From contig CAVZZU010000009.1 of the NCBI GenBank assembly GCA_963779825.1, forward strand, positions 72,258-136,257: DNA of 64,000 nucleotides. The letters are read 5' to 3'. Numbering within the stretch: the first letter of the stretch is position 1; each line of letters starts with the position of its first letter. Of this stretch, positions 59,739 through 64,000 are shown piece by piece. The notes below the pieces were generated by a model, which saw only the letters and a program-made list of their open reading frames with translations, was not told the origin of the DNA and did not search any database. Position numbers and translations under genes: made by a program. This stretch comes from an uncultured Acidobacteriota bacterium (GTDB lineage Bacteria > Acidobacteriota > Terriglobia > Acidiferrales > UBA7541).

Positions 59739-61847
59739 CTATGGGATGCGCTGCCCCGTGGCGGGATCGAATACCGCGTTTCGGAGGAACTGTTCGGAGG
59801 TCCATGGAGGCGCGTCTCCCCCCAGATAGCCATGAAACCATTCGAGATGCGCGGTGTAGTACAGGGCCATCTCGTACCAGCTTGGCCAATGGCCGGCGCG
59901 CGAATAAATGAACAGCTTCGACGGCACATTCATTTTCTGAAGAGACGTGAAAAACTCCAGCGACTGCGTGTACGGCACCCGGTAGTCGCGTTCGCCGGAT
60001 ATTACCATGCACGGCATTTTGAAATTTTTCACATAGGACGACGGCGACCATTTGTCGTAATCCGCCGAATTCCAGGGCTGTCCCTTGAACTCCCACTCCG
60101 GAAACCACAACTCCTCCGTCGAGCCGTACATCGAGCGCAGGTCGAATACGCCCATCATCGAAGCAATCGCCTTGAAGCGGTTCGTATGGCCCTCGAACCA
60201 ATCCATCATGTAGCCGCCATAGGACCAGCCCATCGCTCCCATTCGGTCGGGATCCACGTAAGGCAGTTTCGCGAGTTCGTCGGTGACTTTCATCAAGTCG
60301 TCGAATACCTGGCCGCCCCAATCGCCCGAAATTTCCGACGTGAAGTCCTGTCCGTAGCCCGTGGACCCGTGCGGGTTCGCGAAAGCCACGACATAGCCGG
60401 CGCCGGGATAGACCTGCCAATCCCCGCGGAAGCTATCTTGCCACTGGGATTGTGGTCCGCCATGCACGTTGAGAATCAGCGGATACTTCCTCGAAGGGTC
60501 GAAATCGTGAGGTTTGACGATGAAGACCTCGATCTTCGCGCCGCCAGCCCCCGCGACCCACATTCTCTCGGCCGGGCGAACATCAACCTCATTCATGAAG
60601 TCGTCGTTGAAATGCGAAAGCCGTTGCGGCGCGGACGCATTTCCGCCCGCCAGATCCACGGCAAAAACCTCCGGCACCGAGCCCACGGAGCGCTGCACGT
60701 ACACCATGCGCCGGCCGTCCGGAGAAATATCGAACGAGTCGATTGTACGGTCCACGAGAATCTTTTGAATCGCTCCGGTGTCCAGCGTCAGCTGAAAAAT
60801 CGGATTGTCCCCTTCTACCGCTGCGTCGAAATAAAGAGACTTCGAATCCGAAGCCCATTCGAAATCCTGTACCCAGTTGCGGAAGGATTCGGTGAGCACG
60901 CGAGACGTGCCAGAGGCGCGATCGTACAACGCAAGCCGGAAAAGATCCGATTCGTAGCCCGGCAGTTTCTGCAGGAGATAGGCGATATATTTCCCGTCCG
61001 GTGAATACTTCGGATTGCCGTCGAACGCGGGGTTAGAGGCCGTTATGTTGCGCGGCGGTTGGGCACCGCTGACCGGTACAACCCACAAGTCGCTGTTTGT
61101 GGAAGATTCCAGACGGCTGCCGCGATCGGAATCCACTGCCAGTTCCTTGCTGTCCGGCGAAAAATCATATTGCAGCGGGCCACTGAGCTGGTAGCGCGGA
61201 GAATCAAAATCTCCGGGCGTCAGATCGCGTACGGTGCCGCTGGGAACATCGTCCAGCAGGACGTGCGTTCGCTGGCCGTCCTTCCACTCGGTCCAATGGC
61301 GATAGAGAAGAGCGTTCGCCGTATGTGCCTGAAGCGGTCCCTTGCTCCAGCGGTCGCTGATCTTCTTGTTGCAGACGTCATCCGCGCCGCACTCCGGATA
61401 GACGTCACTTGAAAACGCGATGGATTTTCCGTCAGGTGACCATAGCGGGTCGGAAACGCCCGTGGAAATATTCGTCAGCTTGCGCGCGCCCCCGCCATTC
61501 ACGGGGATGATATAGAGTTGCTGGTCTTCACCGGCCTCGCGGATAAAAGCGATCCATTTGCCGTCGGGCGAAAAAATCGGCGAGGTATCATTCGCATCGC
61601 CGAACGTGAACTGCCGGGGATTTGCGCCGTCTGCGTCCATCAGCCAGATGTGACTCGTGCGCTTCGCTTTCCCGAGGTCGTACGTGGCGAGGGTTAGGAC
61701 GATCATGCGGCCGTCCGGCGAGAGGTGGACGTCCTCGACGCGTTGGTAACGGTACAAATCCTCGATGGTGAACGCGCGCTTCGCAGCATGGATGGGTGCA
61801 GCGAGCAGGAAGAGTGCGATTGCAAAATAAGACAGTTTTCGGCGCAT
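59739..61847 (-). CDS. S9-family serine peptidase (prolyl oligopeptidase / acylaminoacyl-peptidase type) with an N-terminal beta-propeller
   Basis: Nucleophile elbow GWSYGGYM. TolB-like repeats (SPDGK...). Signal peptide starting at MRRKLSYFAIALFLLAAPIHA. The start at 61847 has AAAGGA upstream, and the rpoC terminator occupies the longer ORF-track extension. Confidence 0.9.
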   Translation of the reverse strand: MRRKLSYFAIALFLLAAPIHAAKRAFTIEDLYRYQRVEDVHLSPDGRMIVLTLATYDLGKAKRTSHIWLMDADGANPRQFTFGDANDTSPIFSPDGKWIAFIREAGEDQQLYIIPVNGGGARKLTNISTGVSDPLWSPDGKSIAFSSDVYPECGADDVCNKKISDRWSKGPLQAHTANALLYRHWTEWKDGQRTHVLLDDVPSGTVRDLTPGDFDSPRYQLSGPLQYDFSPDSKELAVDSDRGSRLESSTNSDLWVVPVSGAQPPRNITASNPAFDGNPKYSPDGKYIAYLLQKLPGYESDLFRLALYDRASGTSRVLTESFRNWVQDFEWASDSKSLYFDAAVEGDNPIFQLTLDTGAIQKILVDRTIDSFDISPDGRRMVYVQRSVGSVPEVFAVDLAGGNASAPQRLSHFNDDFMNEVDVRPAERMWVAGAGGAKIEVFIVKPHDFDPSRKYPLILNVHGGPQSQWQDSFRGDWQVYPGAGYVVAFANPHGSTGYGQDFTSEISGDWGGQVFDDLMKVTDELAKLPYVDPDRMGAMGWSYGGYMMDWFEGHTNRFKAIASMMGVFDLRSMYGSTEELWFPEWEFKGQPWNSADYDKWSPSSYVKNFKMPCMVISGERDYRVPYTQSLEFFTSLQKMNVPSKLFIYSRAGHWPSWYEMALYYTAHLEWFHGYLGGDAPPWTSEQFLRNAVFDPATGQRIP

Positions 61848-61930
61848 GGATCCTTTCAGTCTTCGTCGAAGGTGTGAATCGACTCGCGAACCTAAGCACG
61901 ATTGGTATTTCGCGGGCAACTTGTGCGCGC

Positions 61931-61966
61931 AAGAAAAAGGCCGCCCCACCTTGCGGCGAAGCGGCC
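61931..61966 (-). terminator. Rho-independent terminator after rpoC
   Basis: On the minus strand: 12-bp stem (including G.U pairs) closed by a GCAA tetraloop, followed by TTTTTCTT. Confidence 0.85.
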
Positions 61967-62003
61967 CTGGTTTGTCGGTCGAGCCCTGAAAAAACTCACT
62001 GCT

Positions 62004-64000
62004 CTAGCTTTCCGCGATCGCGTCCGTATCCTTGCGCAGGAAATCGAGCGCCGCCGCCTCTTCCGGCGTGAGCTCGGGCTCCATCGCTTGCGGCTCCTCC
62101 TTCGGGATTTCGGTGAGGAGTTGGATATTGCGATAGCGCTCGAGACCCGTGCCAGCGGGAATCAGGCGGCCCATGATGACGTTTTCCTTCAGGCCGCGCA
62201 GGTAATCAACCTTTCCGGAGATGGCCGCTTCGGTAAGGACGCGTGTGGTCTCCTGAAAGCTTGCCGCGGAAATGAACGAATCGGTCGAGAGCGAAGCCTT
62301 CGTGATGCCGAGGAGCAGCGGACGCCCGGTTGCGGGACGGCCACCATCGCTGATGATCCGGTCGTTTTCCTCGCGGAAGCGGAATTTGTCCACTTGCTCC
62401 TCAAGAAGGAACGTGGTGTCACCCACGTCCTCGACCTTTACCCAGCGCATCATCTGGCGAACGATCGTCTCGATGTGCTTGTCGTTGATGTTCACGCCCT
62501 GCAGCCGGTAGACCTCCTGGACCGAATTGACCAGGTAGGCCTGCGTGTACTTTTCGCCGAGGACGGCCAGCAAGTCGTGCGGGTTGAGCGGGCCGTCAAT
62601 GAGAGGTTCGCCGGCGCGCACGTGCTCGCCTTCCTGCACGTTGATGTGCACGCCACGCGGGATGGAGTATTCCTTAACCGTCTTGCCATCCTCGCTCTCG
62701 ACGTACGTCTTGCGCTGGCCCTTGGCGATTTCGCCGTATTTTACCACGCCATCAATTTCGCTGATGACCGCGGGGTCGCGAGGTTTGCGCGTTTCGAAGA
62801 GTTCCACGACGCGCGGCAAACCTCCGGTGATGTCCTTGGTCTTCGTGGTCTCGCGAGGGATCTTCGCGAGCACGTCGCCAGGCTGCACTTCGTCGCCGTC
62901 CACGACCATCAAGTGGGCGCGTGATGGCATCAGGTATTTCTTCTTGGCGCGGCCAGCGGAATCGCGGACCAAAATCGTCGGCTGGTGCTTTTCGTCACCC
63001 GGGGGAAGCGTGACAACCAGCTGCGAAAGGCCCGTGACTTCGTCCACCTGCTCTTCGATGGTGATCCCGGGCTGCAGATCCTTGAACTCGACCGTGCCAC
63101 CTGTTTCCGTGAGGATCGAGAACGTGTACGGATCCCATTCGACCATTGTCTGGCCGAGCGTGACCGGTTGCCCGTCTTCGACCTTGAAACGCGCGCCATA
63201 AACGACGTGGTGACGTTCCTTCTCACGGCCCTTTTCGTCCACGACCGCGATCAAGCCGGAGCGGTTCATGGCGATCAGGGTCTTGCCGCGGCCCTCGACC
63301 ACCTTCAGGTCGATGTACTTAACGAAGCCGTTGTTGCGGGCTTCGACTTTGGACTGCTCGGTGACGCGAGTCGCCGTGCCGCCGATATGGAACGTCCGCA
63401 TGGTGAGCTGCGTGCCGGGCTCGCCGATGGATTGCGCGGCGATGACGCCGACCGCTTCACCCATTTCCACGAAGCGCCCGGTGGCCAGGTTGCGGCCATA
63501 GCACCGCGCGCAAACACCGCGGCGGGATTCGCACGTGAGCACGGAGCGAATATTGACTCGCTCGATGCCCGCGGCTTGAATTGCGCTGGCGAGTTCTTCC
63601 GTGATTTCCTGGTTGATCTCGACGATCACGTTGCCTTCGTAATCCTTGATCTTTTCAAGGGAGACGCGGCCGATCACGCGATCGCGCAACGGTTCGACTT
63701 CGACTCCGGCTTCGAGAATCGGCTCGACGTAAATTCCGTCAGCCGTGCCGCAATCGAATTCGTTGATGATCACGTCCTGCGCCACGTCCACCAGACGCCG
63801 CGTGAGATAGCCAGAATCGGCGGTCTTGAGCGCCGTATCCGCCAAACCCTTGCGAGCGCCGTGCGTGGAGATGAAGTACTGCAGCACGGTGAGGCCTTCG
63901 CGGAAGTTCGATGTGATCGGCGTTTCGATGACCTCGCCCGAGGGCTTCGCCATCAATCCGCGCATTCCGGAAAGCTGCCGGATCTGCTGTTTCGATCCGC
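62004..64000 (-). CDS. rpoC: DNA-directed RNA polymerase beta' subunit, C-terminal part (the gene continues beyond the window)
   Basis: Conserved beta' blocks ([52 protein letters not shown]). The reading frame is open to position 64000. Confidence 0.95.
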   Translation of the reverse strand, partial: GSKQQIRQLSGMRGLMAKPSGEVIETPITSNFREGLTVLQYFISTHGARKGLADTALKTADSGYLTRRLVDVAQDVIINEFDCGTADGIYVEPILEAGVEVEPLRDRVIGRVSLEKIKDYEGNVIVEINQEITEELASAIQAAGIERVNIRSVLTCESRRGVCARCYGRNLATGRFVEMGEAVGVIAAQSIGEPGTQLTMRTFHIGGTATRVTEQSKVEARNNGFVKYIDLKVVEGRGKTLIAMNRSGLIAVVDEKGREKERHHVVYGARFKVEDGQPVTLGQTMVEWDPYTFSILTETGGTVEFKDLQPGITIEEQVDEVTGLSQLVVTLPPGDEKHQPTILVRDSAGRAKKKYLMPSRAHLMVVDGDEVQPGDVLAKIPRETTKTKDITGGLPRVVELFETRKPRDPAVISEIDGVVKYGEIAKGQRKTYVESEDGKTVKEYSIPRGVHINVQEGEHVRAGEPLIDGPLNPHDLLAVLGEKYTQAYLVNSVQEVYRLQGVNINDKHIETIVRQMMRWVKVEDVGDTTFLLEEQVDKFRFREENDRIISDGGRPATGRPLLLGITKASLSTDSFISAASFQETTRVLTEAAISGKVDYLRGLKENVIMGRLIPAGTGLERYRNIQLLTEIPKEEPQAMEPELTPEEAAALDFLRKDTDAIAES

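Noticed and set aside
59712-62924. Long ORFs 59712-61004(+) and 61902-62924(+), antisense to the peptidase and rpoC genes.
   Set aside because: Antisense shadows. rpoC and the S9 peptidase are unambiguous on the minus strand.
1-64000. A scan for CRISPR arrays, transposases, integrases, toxin-antitoxin pairs or known defence genes.
   Set aside because: No regularly spaced direct repeats and no such protein signatures were seen. The only mobile-element hint is the degraded stretch next to tRNA-Glu, reported as a finding.

Overview
GC-rich bacterial chromosomal window. Gene content and style suggest Acidobacteriota, but this is an inference with no database check. It is mostly core metabolism and envelope functions in tightly packed operons.

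Main blocks, in order:
(1) 1-1212: ORF-poor leader region holding a complete sigma-54 unit (palindromic UAS, GG-N10-GC promoter, SD, 27-codon ORF, strong intrinsic terminator).
(2) 1213-8297: six translationally coupled genes. These are a split PEP-synthase-like phosphotransferase (PpsA/PpsB-type), BCCP, biotin carboxylase, an HMGL-type carboxyltransferase and a HAD-IIA phosphatase.
(3) 8456-16523: two oxidoreductases and an RND efflux triad, all on the minus strand.
(4) 16799-22394: selenocysteine-containing formate dehydrogenase operon fdnGHI-fdhE, with an in-frame UGA and a SECIS-like hairpin.
(5) 22938-27953: porin-like OMP, PoxB-like ThDP enzyme and an MFS transporter.
(6) 28368-38727: an 11-gene minus-strand respiratory operon. 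It carries caa3 oxidase ctaCDE, an unknown membrane protein, a dihaem cytochrome c, Rieske protein, a cytochrome b-c fusion, ctaG, ctaB and two unknown proteins.
(7) 39106-44661: ribBA and an EmrAB-TolC-type efflux set.
(8) 44860-50334: two sigma-54 enhancer-binding proteins flanking an unknown 449-aa protein and a small STAS-like protein.
(9) 50395-64000: AI-2E transporter, a degraded ORF-poor stretch next to tRNA-Glu(CUC), DUF721-gatCA, hypothetical proteins, a large PAS hybrid histidine kinase, an S9 peptidase and the 3' part of rpoC.

No CRISPR array, transposase, integrase or recognisable defence genes were seen.

The most interesting candidates are:
- the phosphotransferase + biotin-carboxylase + phosphatase operon, whose substrate is unknown;
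- the sigma-54-driven mini-gene just upstream of it;
- the STAS + domain-less bEBP pair;
- an ~85-90 bp repeated hairpin element present at two distant intergenic loci.

All functional calls come from motif recognition by eye. No searches were run.
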